Source: Antedon mediterranea
Lineage: Eukaryota; Animalia; Echinodermata
Direction: 5' to 3'
Length of the DNA stretch: 64,000 nucleotides
Assembly: GCF_964355755.1 (NCBI RefSeq)
Contig: NC_092673.1
Span: 12,744,948 to 12,808,947 of the forward strand
Positions 13,170 to 25,279 of this stretch are shown here, one piece after another. Position 1 is the stretch's first letter; each line of letters opens with the position of its first letter. The notes beneath the pieces are model-generated. The model did no database searches. It was not told where the DNA came from and saw only the letters and a program-made list of their open reading frames with translations. The position numbers and the translations under genes were made by a program.

Positions 13170-15236
13170 TAATAACAATTCCAGTATTAAAACTACACGT
13201 ATTAAACGTAATTTTCGCAAAGAGCGTAAACCATGGATCACTGTCGGTCTGATTAAATCAATTGGTACCAGAAATAAGCTCTATACTGCCTACCTCAAAT
13301 CTAAGAAACAGACCGATAAGGACAAATACATAAAATATAGAAACAAACTAACTAATTTACTTCGCATAGCAAATAAAGAGTATTATGCCTCAAAATTCAA
13401 CCAGTATACCAACAATATTCATAAAACCTGGCGATCAATGGAATCTTAGGTAAAAATAAAAAACAAAACCAACCCTCTCACTTTTTTAAAAACAATTGTA
13501 AAATTACTAATCCCGGACTTATTGCTGAACAATTTAATGATTATTTTATTAATATTGGGAACAACCTTGCGCAAAGTATTTCATATAATGGCAACTCAAA
13601 TTTTAAATCATTTCTTAATCATTCCTTTATTTCAAACTCTCTCTATTTAACTCCAATAACGGAAACTGAAATTGTTGATATAATCTTAAAACTTAGGGAC
13701 AATAAGAGTCCAGGATCTGATGGATTTTCCAATCAAGTTATTAAAAACATCATAAACTTTATATCCAAGCCTTTAGTCCATATTTTTAACCTATCATTTC
13801 AAACTGGAATTTTTCCAGACCTTTTAAAAATTGCCAAAGTAATTCCTATTTTCAAAAAAGGCGATCCCTATTACTTTGAAAATTACAGACCGATTTCCCT
13901 GCTGCCTTGCCTGTCCAAGGTTTTAGAACGCCTGATCTACAGACTTTATACTTTTTTTTCTAAATACGATATCCTCTTTAAGCATCAGTACGGTTTTAGA
14001 AAAGCTTTTTCCACTGACCTTGCAATAACTGATCTCTATGATAAACTGACTTCTGCACTTTCAAACAATGAACACACCATTGGTATTTTTCTTGACTTGA
14101 GTAAGGCTTTTGACACTATCAATCATGAGATACTTCTTCACAAACTTCAGCACTATGGTGTCAGAGGCCTTCCTCTTAAACTCTTAAAAAGCTACCTTAC
14201 CAGTCGCCAACAATTCACTGCTTTCCTCCCTTTTGACTCCAAACTATCCTCCATTCTATGCGGCGTTCCGCAAGGCTCCATACTTGGTCCCTTATTATTT
14301 CTAACATATATAAACGATCTCCCCAACTGTTCCAAATTACTCAAATTTATACTTTATGCGGATGACACTAATATTATTTATTCTCATAAAAATGATCAAA
14401 TTTTAGTTAATACAATTAATAGTGAATTACGCAAAGTTTCTGATTGGTTCCAAATCAATAAATTATCGCTAAATGAATCCAAATCAAATTATATTATATT
14501 TAAACATAAAAACAAAAAATCCATCTCTCAAAACTTAAAAGTTTTAATTAATGACAAGGTAATCACACGTGTTGAGGAAACCAAATTTCTTGGCGTCTCC
14601 ATTGACTCAAAATTATCTTGGAAACATCATATCAATACAATCTGCAACACAATTGCGAGAAACACTGGTATGATGAACAAATTAAAGTACACACTTCCAT
14701 CAAACATTTTATTTAAGTTATATAATACTTTAATTCTTCCGTACATATCATACTGCAACATTGCCTGGGCCGTTACACTTGGCAAGTTCAGCACTTTATG
14801 CCCCTGGACTAGTTTCGAAACTACCAATATTGACCGAATTTTTAAATTGCAAAAACGTGCAATCCGAATCTGTTCAGGGGCATCATTCAGATCTCATTCA
14901 AAACACTTATTTTTTAACTTCAAATCTCTCAACGTCTTTGATGTTAATAAACTTCAAACTGCATTATTCATGTACCGACTTACAAAGAATCTACTTCCGA
15001 CCCACCTATGTTCACTCTTTACTAAACCTTCTGATACCCATACACATTTTACCCGTTTTTCCAATACTAATGTATACACTGTTAAAAACTGCGACTCACA
15101 CATTAGACGTCATTCAATACTTTATACCGGACCTAAACTTTGGGAAAGTCTTTCACATTCACTGATAAAGAAACCTTCACTTTTTAGTTTTAAAATTACA
15201 TATAAGCAATCTCTAATCCAAGCATATGATGAATAA
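13170..15236 (+). pseudogene. LINE ORF2 remnant: RT domain present, endonuclease missing, frameshift at ~13433
   Basis: KPWIT..YKYRNKL tether in one frame, then a shift to the frame of 13434-15236 with NYRPIS, FLDLSKAFDTINH, GVPQGSILGPLLF, YADDT and KFLGV. Confidence 0.9.
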
Positions 15237-15940
15237 GGTGTTATGATTATTTTTAATTATGTTAATTTATTGTTATTCTATTTTTTATATATTATATTTT
15301 AATCACAACTATTACTGATATTTGTTATTCTCCAATTTTTACTAGGCATTTTGTACAGCAAATATCAATATTTCATGCGCTGTTTTTGTCATGTACCGTA
15401 ACTGCAGTCTTGTTAAAGTACCATACTTATTTGACCTCCTTTCACACTTCTTTGTTGTACAAGTTTCTCTATATATTTTGTTTAAATTTGTTTGATTACC
15501 TTAATGTTTCACATTACTTGTATTATTTTTGAAGTGTGAAAAAAATTGAATTTAAAAAAAAAAAAAAAAAACATTTTTATTCTGGTTTGTTATACATACA
15601 AACAGGGAACAGGCCTACTACTACCATAGAGATATTAATATCTCTATGCTACTACTAAAGCTAGCGTCTTAACTGTTGTACCCAACACTGTACTACAAGG
15701 CCTACTGTACTACTAAGATAGCCCAACTACATATTCCAGAGTAATTATATAATCCAATATTATTAATAGATTAGATAGTAGTTTGTTTATTTATTGTATT
15801 TTTGTAGGCCAATGCAAAATTCTCTTTACTATAGTATAAAATATATTTAATTATATCAATATTTAACCAATTTCAGTTTACAGTAGCACATAGGTTCACA
15901 AATCAAAGTTTGCTTATAGGGCCTGTGTTAAACTTACCAA

Positions 15941-16389
15941 TCCCAGGTGAAAAGTCCAGTTGAGACCAATTGGAAATGTCAATTGGTCTAACTGGTTTTA
16001 AACTGGTTTTCAATTGGTTCTTTTTTCAAGCACAACTTAGTGTGGTCCAATTGGTTTTTTTTCCTAACTGATCCAACAGGTTTTGCAACCAGGTAAATTG
16101 GTATTTCCGAAGAAGGCCTAAACTAGCTTTTCTAACCAATTGTTGAATGAATGTGGGATGGAAAGAGGTCGCAGTCACATCATGACTTTAAAACCATTAA
16201 AAATATGTCAAATAATTAAGTGGACCAACTAAATACCAATTGGACCAGTCAAACCAACTAAATACCAGTTGGACCAGTCAAACCAACTAAATACCAGTTG
16301 GACCAGTTATAACTAAATAACCAACTATACCAATCGAACCACTTAAATACCAGTTGGACCAGTTAAACCAACTAAATACTAATTGGACC
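15941..16389. repeat. 29-bp tandem repeats (CCAACTAAATACCAGTTGGACCAGTCAAA) with related inverted copies upstream
   Basis: Period of 29 at 16225/16254/16283. AATTGG/ACTGG-rich opposite-orientation copies at 15960-16100. The array is interrupted by the hAT element. Confidence 0.7.
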
Positions 16390-17584
16390 CAGTGGTGGCG
16401 CCAGTGGGGGGGGGGGGGGGCTACGGGGGCTCTAGCCCCCTCGTCGGGGAGCCTAGCCGAAGTGAACACGGGTACTTTTTGTCGGGGAATATAATATACA
16501 GTAAAAAGCGTTCGTGTTCACTTCGTAGCTTCAGCGCCTAGAAAACCGCGACGTTTCATTGACCGTGAGAGTACGTCAGAGTGATATTATGCACTTTATA
16601 TGCATTCATTATTGCCAGCGATCTAACTTACTACTAAACAATAGCTAGGTACGCACTTGTCTGGCGGTATCCCTTTGTACGAATCGTTGGGTCGAGACGC
16701 GTGATATCATGTTCCATCCAGGGACCAAAATGTGTACTGTAGTTATTTTCCAGGCGAAGTTTACCGACGGTTACGTTGTGTACTGTGTCGACGTATGCTA
16801 CACTACAGCAAAAACGAATTATGTTAATTGTTCGTATGTTCACCAATTTTTTAATTTAAAAGTAACCTTCTGTACCGTGGGGAACCTAAAATAAATATTT
16901 CATCCATTACTAAACAAAAAAACATGCCATTTTCGCTTAGCCAACATCTTATTATAGCTAAGTTATTAAATTTTCAATGTCCTGTATGTCATGAATTTCT
17001 CACCACTCGGAAGTCCAGATGGTACGCACGCATACACTTGGGAGGAATAAACTTATTTCCCCAACTGAAAAAGGTCTACGCTTGCGTTTTTTAAGCCTCT
17101 AGGCCTGATGTTTCCAAAGTATAAAATGCAGCTGCAGCTCTAGTTTCAAACATTTTCTTAGCTCAGCCCCAACAATAAAGCTGGTCATATTTCGAAGTAC
17201 AAGAAGTGCATTTTCCGGGACCTAACATCTCTATTTTTCAAACATTTTTTAGCTCAGTCACAACCATGATAGGGACTTATATATTTTGTTTCATGTTTTG
17301 AAGTATAATAAGTTCAATTTCCGGGACCTCCAACTCTATTTTTCTAAATTTTCTTTGAACTTTTATTTTTTCAATTGAAAAATATGGATTGAAACAGTCA
17401 TCGCGCATCGTTTTTTTGCACGCAGTATTTATTTATGCATTATAAAAAATGGAAAAAATGGCTACCCTAAATCTGATTAAAATGACCTCAAATGACGCTA
17501 GAACGCGTTGCTTCTTGGCGGCCCCCTGGCCCCCAGCCTAGTGATGGTATCCCCCACGTCGGGAAGATCCTGGCGCCACCGCTG
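16390..17584. mobile_element. Non-autonomous hAT element (~1.2 kb)
   Basis: TIR CAGTGGTGGCGCCAG / CTGGCGCCACCGCTG (14/15 match). Perfect 8-bp TSD ATTGGACC at 16382-16389 and 17585-17592. Confidence 0.9.
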
Positions 17585-17815
17585 ATTGGACCATGTATTG
17601 CCTTTAAAATGGATTTAAGTGCTATTTATTACAGTATTTTTATTACAATTAACAAATGATTAAAAAATAAAACATGTATTATTTTTAAATAATTTAATAA
17701 CTAAAATTCAGAAGCTGTACTGTACAATCAATATTGTATTTTTAATATGCAGTATGCTATAATAATCTACCATTATATTGTCATTCTTTGAAAATATAGA
17801 AATAAAACATAATAC

Positions 17816-17990
17816 AAACTAGATTTGAACTTGTCACTTTGAAGAATTAGTTATCCGAGTGTGCTCTCTATTTTGTGTCTAAACAGTATACACTATATAC
17901 TGTATACATACTACATACAGTTTAGCATAGGTACAATTACGGGACCTGTCTTTTATTCCAATTTTTAACATAATGAAGTAATCAAATTGA
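17816..17990 (-). mobile_element. HINE-like fragment related to 498-1645
   Basis: AAACTAGA end and a shared TACAGT.TAGCATAGGT..AATTACGGGAC block. Confidence 0.45.
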
Positions 17991-18003
17991 CACACGAATA
18001 TAG

Positions 18004-18398
18004 CAATCGTATTCGATTAGTATCTATGTATCCGAGAAGTGTATACGCTAGGTCCATGCTATAATCAACTGGAGAATATACTAGTCGAATACCATAGACC
18101 ATGTGACCGCCAAGAAGGGCTTGCGCTGGGGGTACGGCGGTCGGCGATCGTGGGTATAACTATAAATAAATACTAGGCCTAGCTTGGCCTATTCCAATCG
18201 TAAACGTTTACAAATGAAATTTTATCACACTAAAATGCCTTGAAAACTAGGCAGAAGCAGGTTGCCGTTACGAGGTGACGATATGTAGACTACACTTCTG
18301 TGTGGTGTGAGGCATAATGTTCGGTGTATAAGACGCACCCTTAATTTAGAGGTCAAAATTGCGTGTCAAAAGTGCGACTTATACACCGAAATATACGG
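18004..18398 (-). mobile_element. Truncated copy of the pogo/Tc1-mariner-type MITE family (inverted relative to 29112-29862)
   Basis: Ends GTGCGACTTATACACCGAAATATACGG+TA. The body is a diverged reverse complement of 29112-29593. Confidence 0.85.
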
Positions 18399-18400
18399 TA

Positions 18401-21400
18401 ATTGTAATGGAAAGTTTACGGACCCAGATCAGACTTCTGAAAGTAGTGCTGAAACTCAAAAGAAATCGTCCAACGTTTGCATTCTCCACATTAAAAAGCC
18501 CAAACAAAAATCAAAGTGGGGAAATATTCTCTCGTTCAGTGATAAACATTGGGAAGCGGTTTTACTGGCAGCAGAAAGCAGACGCAAAAAAGCATAATTT
18601 TGTGGAATCTGTATATCACAACATTGTGCAAAAATTACCGTCATCTCCTATAAACGAAAATGAAGGTTATCATGTGATGTGTTACAAGAATTTTTACTGC
18701 TATACATTCAGAAACTGAGGCACCTCATACACACAAGTTAGGAAGCACTGCTGAGAGTCCACATTTACGTTCAGCTACACCCGAAAACGATCGCGGGAAT
18801 GCAAGAAAACGCAAAAAAGGTCAGTATGAAGTAGCTGGTAGTTGTGAGACAATTGAAGCTGGTCAGAGCATCCATGAGGCAGCTTCAGCTTTAAATGATT
18901 CTAAACTGTTATCCAAAATAAGTGGTATTGACTTAGTAGCCAAAGAAGCAAAATATCACCACTCTTGTAAAAGTGCATATTTGATGTCAAGTCAGAGTGA
19001 ACTGGATTCAAATGAGTCATCCAAACTAACCATGATATAAAATATCCATAACTAAGTAGAAAAAGCAATCATCTGCAACAAAAGACCTGAGCTTTTGACA
19101 TCAGTGTTTGCCAGATATACTGATATGTGTACACTTTCTGAAACAACACCCATAAATAGTACACAGAGTCTTATGCGTAATTTGATAAACAAATTTGGTA
19201 AGAAACTACGTTTCCACACAGAAACAAAGAATTATTATTTACAATTCTGACACTGCCGATAAATCTGTACGTGTTGCATTTGACTATGCATCTAATGATG
19301 AACACATTGTTACCGAGGCAGCTTTTCTACTTCGTAAAAACATACTTGGCATTCAAAAGAAATACCTTCATGAAAATCCTACTCTGGATGATTTAAAGGA
19401 AGAGAATGCTTTGCCCCACAAGTTGTTATCCACATTTTTCACTGCATTGTACAGTGTTCTGAGCATGTGAAACGATGTGTTATGGAATATGGACTTCCTT
19501 TGGGTGTTAAAACATGCTTTGAAAGAGAATAACAATCCAATGTGGGTCGGTTTACAATGCTGCATCATATCAAGACAATTTGCCAAAACAGACAGTTCGA
19601 TATATGCCAAATTTGCAACAACCAATCACTAGGTTAGATGTCATACAAGACACCCTTGATAACCCAAAGATGTACTAATGAATGTCAGCAGAAATTCGGA
19701 ATTGTGACTTACAATTTAAATGCAGCAAAGCCAGCTATGCAAATACAAGCAACAGAAAAAGTTTGATGACATATTTATCATGTTAGGTGCTTTCCATGGA
19801 AATGGCCTTTTTTAATTCAGGAGGTCCTGATATGCTTACCAATACTAATGTGCTTGCTCCCGGGTCACTTAATGGTTTTTTAAGTGGAAAACATTTCAAT
19901 AGATGTAAACGTTTACACCCCATATTGGCTCTTTCTTTTGAAATTCTACATTTTCGGGAATTCATGAAAGAGTATACTGTAGCAACAGAGAACAGGTAAC
20001 CGAATTAACCAATGAACCAACTCATGAAAAAGCCATCAACTCCGCTACATTTAGTCATGCATGTACAGCATACTAACAGTTTGTAGAATTGACATGTTCG
20101 GGAGCACATGGATTCACTGCTTAATTTTGGCTTATGTACATTGACTACATCCATAGCTATCATAATTTAGAGAGGTCAATCCGCACCAATAACATCAGTC
20201 TTTATCTACTCTCTTACTTCCATATTGGTCTGTTTTTTTGCCACAAATCACATCAACTATGCATGATGGTTAACAAAATTCCAACTCGATCTTGCCAATA
20301 TTGATAACTTGCATCCTGGACTCCGGAGTGTATTAGAGAAAGATGCATTCAGTATCCGGCATACAGACAATACTTTTAGTCGAATACCAGTAGATCTGAC
20401 ACTTGAGCAAACAGTAAATGCTGATGCTGCTTCTAGACTTAGTGGAATAACATCTGCAACTAACAACTATGGTGCTCGTCTACGACGTGAGTTGTTTGTT
20501 AGCATTGTTCAAGAAACTGCTTTCAAAAGACGACATTGCTTCAGAGATAAAACCTGCACGAATACATCGTGACAACCGGGATCTAACTGCTGTAATAAAA
20601 CACATAGAGGATACACATAATCCTTTTGATAGAGTGATACTGATAGACACATCTACTAAACTATTTAATATCAACACAGGCAAAGCCGTCAGTACTGTGG
20701 TAAAGGAAAGTTTGCTAGACATACCTCAATGTGGACAGTCTAGACATCAGGAGTTTGTACAGTCTTGTGTCAAAGATCCTAGCAGATTTGAACAAAGAAT
20801 AAAGAAGACGCCAATAAAGACATTTGCATATGATTGTGCCAGCAACAAGAGCACAAAAGATAAACACATAGCAGAGCTCAAGTGTTGCAGAGATCAAATG
20901 GTTTGACTAGTGTTGTTAGCGACCATACGCAAGCTTGACTTGCCATATATATTTAGCTACCCCTTGACGCCTGTTCCGCTTTCTCTTTGTAATGCAGATG
21001 GAACTATATGACCAAAACACCAAAAATTTCACTGTTTGGTGTACTTGAGTCAAAAGTTATTAAATAATAATAAATTAATCCACAACATCCATATGCTTAC
21101 ATAATAGATGGCCAATTCTTATTACACACGTTACCAAAAATACATTCCACCAAACTATGGAGGACTAGCCAGAAGTGTGTTGATTCAGGCTTTATCAGCA
21201 AACACACAAACTAAGAATGTCCACCTGCTCTTTGATGATTATCCACAACCATCACTAAAAGATTTTGAAAAAGGTAGAAGAGGAGTTGAAGAAAGAGAGT
21301 ACCTAATAACAGGACCAGAACAAGTTAGACCAAACAATGATGCCTTGAAATCCAGATCATTTAAATCTCAAAACATCAATTTCTCGCAAAAGAATGGCAG

Positions 21401-21705
21401 GACCAGACATGCTGACATATTCCGGGATAAAAAGGTGTTTCTTGATGTACCTGGAGAGTGCTACCTTTTGAGTTGTTGATGGTGTAGTTACTCAAGAAGA
21501 TGTTGCAGCCCTCAGAAGCAATCATGAAGAAGAACATACTAAAATATGTCTGCATGCTAAGTTTATTGAAAGTATTGGTCTGAGAGGAGATATGTCATAC
21601 GAGCATCGGACACCGACATAGCAGTTATAATGTTGTATCATTGCAATAAGTTTGCCTCTAAATTGTGGATGGATGTTGGTATATCTGCTAAAAATAGTAG
21701 GTACA
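18401..21705 (+). pseudogene. Decayed large transposase-like gene (uncharacterised family; LGAFH / NYARW / DLTLEQT core plus PIN/FEN1-like C-terminal motifs)
   Basis: Colinear fragments in several frames: DLVAKEAKYHHSC, MLGAFH.EMAF, GSLNGFLSGKHFNRCKRLH, FATNHINYA*W, FSRIPVDLTLEQTVN, SYPLTPVPLSL, YIIDG, SNHEEEHTKICLHA, RASDTDIAV. Confidence 0.7.
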
Positions 21706-22400
21706 TTGTTTGCTGTCATCCGCCGCCCTAATTTCGAAATTAGGGGCGGAGATAAGAAGAAATTTTTTTTTTACGTTGAGGGAACTTTTTTTGGCCGAAA
21801 AGGTGTAAATCGAGTGTGCGAGGATGAAACAATTAAAATAATAACGTAAACTAAATTCTAAAATATTTAATTAGGCCTGCTAACAACGACCTAATGCTAG
21901 GTCTACTGTGTAGTAGGCATAGCCTAGGTTAGTTTAGTACGTAAAGATTGTGTTTGTGCGCGCGACACACTGAAAACAAAAAACCCAAAATACTGCTACT
22001 AACCAAAATGTCGTTAGTGGCAGTTTGCATTGTTCCAAATAGTAGAAATAAAATTTGATCAATAGTTAAACGAATGCTATCTACGGATACCTTCCGTGAT
22101 GTTTACACTAATGTCATTAGGCCTAACACCGACCTAGTAGGCCTAACATTAAACAAAGTGTCAATAGGCCCGGACGCAACTGGACGATGGACCGAAGTCA
22201 GTGCCGATGAGGTTGTTGACATCATGGCCATACTAAAGATGTCGCTTATCTAACTTTACTGCACTAAAGAGCAAGAGCAAGAAAATACTACCAACGAAAT
22301 AGGCCTAAATGCCTTTACCATTTTATTAAATGGAAGTAGGAGACGATCTCTCCCCGAAAAGAAAATTCAAAAGACGGGTACAGGTACGTTGTTTTTTTTT
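21706..22400 (+). mobile_element. Left part of a coding relative of the GGCC-terminated MITE, with a decayed first exon (ATG 22008, donor after 22383)
   Basis: 21706-21940 aligns with 47300-47480 plus 48234-48320 but lacks the nested pogo insertion. Exon MSLVAVCIV...NAFTILLNGSRRRSLPEKK with two stops. Confidence 0.65.
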
Positions 22401-23094
22401 TGTGCTATATAATGGCTTTAAAGTCTATTTTTAGGCTATCCTTTCCCATCCAAGAAAGGCTTGTTCGAAATTGCCTTTTGGGTTGGTAGCACGGCCTACA
22501 ATTTAATTTAATAAGGCCTGATTTTGCAAGGCTATGGCTATGCCCCTCCATGTTATTTTCGTGGAAAATATAAACTACTAACCTAGGGCCTACTACTACT
22601 AGCCTAGCCTATAGATAGGTACCTACTAGGTAGGCCTAGCCTCCGTATGCCTACTGTAGGCCGGCCTACTACTAGGTCTAGGCACTAGACCTATTTTTAC
22701 GTTCTTTAAATGTGTAAATATTCACTCAGATAAATTTAATCCGCTATAAAATAAGATGTTTTGCTAATATGCGACAACTGTAGAATGTGGGCAGAAAAAG
22801 CCCAAAATCACATCGTTGACCTGGTCACAAATTTATGAAAAATCTTATACCGGACAGTTCAGTCGTGCAGTGAATTATTTAATTTTGTTTTAAGAATCTT
22901 TTAATTTGTAGGCCTAGTAGTACTTTATTTGAATTATGTCTAGGTCTATTGAATTTGCTTATGTTAGATTCTTGGCAGACAAGGCCAAGGCGATCATATA
23001 TATTGATGATAAAAACACATTAAGCCAATTAATGAAACTGATTTCGTTTGTAACAAGGCTTATCTTGTTCGGTGGAGAAATGTCACTGAAGAAG

Positions 23095-23825
23095 AACAAG
23101 GCCAACAGCCATTAAGTCGCGTGCTACAATGCATAGTGATACCGGACCGACAGACAAACAGACCAACAGACAGACAGACTGACAGACAGACGGACCGACC
23201 GACATAGTGAACTATACTGACCGAAATTACTGAACATGTTTAAAAATGTTGAAATGTTTAAAAACATTTATATTTTTTTAATTTACACGTGCGTAGCCTG
23301 TCACTTTTGACGTGCTCGTATAACGTAATTTCGAGTTGAAAAGTAAGTCAAGAAAACAGAAATCGGGCAAAAAGAGTGCGCAATAACATTTAACGCGCAG
23401 TGCGCGCGCAAAAATCTGCGCACTCATGGCAATTTTGTAAACGCTTAAAATTGCCTGAAACGTACTCTTATTTCATCGAAAATAAATTTTGAAAATTTTA
23501 AGCGCGCGTACGCATGCGTTACATGCGCTACGCACGTAATTGTATTGCCATATGATGATTTATGCCCTGAAATTTATGAGTACCAAATTTTATTTAATTG
23601 TGATTCATGGTTGTTAAGATATGATTACAAACGTGATTTCGTTAAATCGTGCGTAGACCGCGTAATTTTTTATTGCGCACCGTGAAAACATAACCACATC
23701 GATTCCTGGCCATAAGGAATATTCTGTGAAAAATTGACTTAGCTAGATTAAACTGATGTCAAGATAAGGTCATAAAGCGATAAAACGCATAGTGATACCG
23801 GACCGACAGACAGACAGACAGACTC
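23095..23825 (-). mobile_element. HINE (DINE-1-like), truncated in its microsatellite
   Basis: Near-identical reverse complement of ~35860-36572, with (GACA/GACC)n tracts. Confidence 0.85.
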
Positions 23826-24573
23826 TAAGGTATTGGATACGAGTGTAGAGGAATCCAGTGAGGTTGAGGAGCGTATTGTACCTAGTTTAATAGCAGTCCG
23901 GAATGAACTAGTAAGTAATTTAATATGTGCATTAGCAGTACATGTGTCAAACGAATATTCAGGCATTTTAAGAAATACTATAATCTTTTTATGTATAATA
24001 TGAATTTTTACAGAAACAGCAAAAGCAAACCAAGGCAGCCACTAGCAAGAAAATGATGCAGGATATCTTGCAAGAGAAACTGGTGGCACATCCGCTGTTT
24101 TCCTCTACCATTGAAAGAAAAACCGAAAGTGTTGAGTACATGAAATCAATCAAACTTGCAGCAAAATATAGAGAAGAAGCTGATAAACTTAAAAAAGAAA
24201 AAGATTCTCTTGCAGTTGAAGTGAAAGAATATAGACTGTTAAATAGAGAGCTGCAAATGAAATTGCATAACTTACAGTAGGTAAGTAAATATTGAATCTG
24301 CATATTTTGTTTTTGTATAAATGTTAAATAGATTGCGAATTATTTACAGTGCAACTTTTAAATACAGTAGGTGCATATGTAATCAACTTCATGGCTTTCT
24401 TTCTATAAGCTATAAATTTGCTATAAAGTATAATTTTTTAAATTTAAACAAATAAGGTGCTGCAAGGATGTCTATTATTGCAAAAGAAACAGAGACCAAT
24501 CATGTGTACAGCAGAGGAAATGAAACCAGTTCAACAAAATTATTCCGTCCCTGAACCTGATGTTGATGGACAG
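23826..24573 (+). pseudogene. Spliced exons of an unidentified coiled-coil protein
   Basis: Donor GTAAGT after 23910, an exon at 24014-24280 with coiled-coil character (EEADKLKKEKDSLAVEVKEYRLLNRELQ) ending TAG|GTAAGT, and a further exon ending at 24573. Confidence 0.35.
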
Positions 24574-25279
24574 GTAAGGATATATCTATATCTTGACCTG
24601 AAATGACAAAGCTGTTGTTTAAAGTGCTTACTGGATTGTTGAAAGTCGAAGTCGATTGAAATTAAAGCTTTGTTTTTGAGTTATTTTACAACTTTGTGGA
24701 TTTTGTATTTATACTTTTATGTCACAAGGGAGTTCCTAAAGTATTTTCAACCGCTCTGAAACAAACGTAAGAGGAGTTCGTGAAAAACACATCAATGTCA
24801 TATTAATCCAATGTAATTTTCGCTTTTATTCACAATGTGCCCTTATTTTTTAAAAAAATAACCCCCCTTTAAAAATCCTGGCTACGGGCTTGTACTACGG
24901 TTACTTTGATTTGTTTTTATTGTTCAACTATGGTTTAAAAATATGTAACAGTATAGCATTTGTCATTCATTTACCGGAGTTCTTTAAAATTGTTAAACAG
25001 TGATATAGTTTAGATTATAATTATAATACTAAATATTAATAATGATCTTGGTGATGAGAGATTTAACTGTGATGTTATTCATTAAAATTAATAGAATTAT
25101 CTACTTTGGACTTCTGATACAAAGTATTCATAGTATACCATATTCACACAACAGTCACTGATATTTTGACAAAAAAATTTGGCAAAAGTTGTCCATTAAA
25201 GTGAATAGAAATATGTATCTTCTTGAGTATTTTGACACCAACTAAGACCATATCCGCCCAACAATTTCTGAGATATGAA

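Larger units (their letters stand above)
12075..15571 (+). mobile_element. CR1-group LINE (Crack/Daphne-like) with ORF1, internally deleted ORF2 and poly(A) tail
   Basis: ORF1, RT ORF, ~320-bp 3' UTR and an A-tail at ~15554-15571. No APE endonuclease motifs between ORF1 and RT. The 5' boundary is approximate. Confidence 0.85.
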
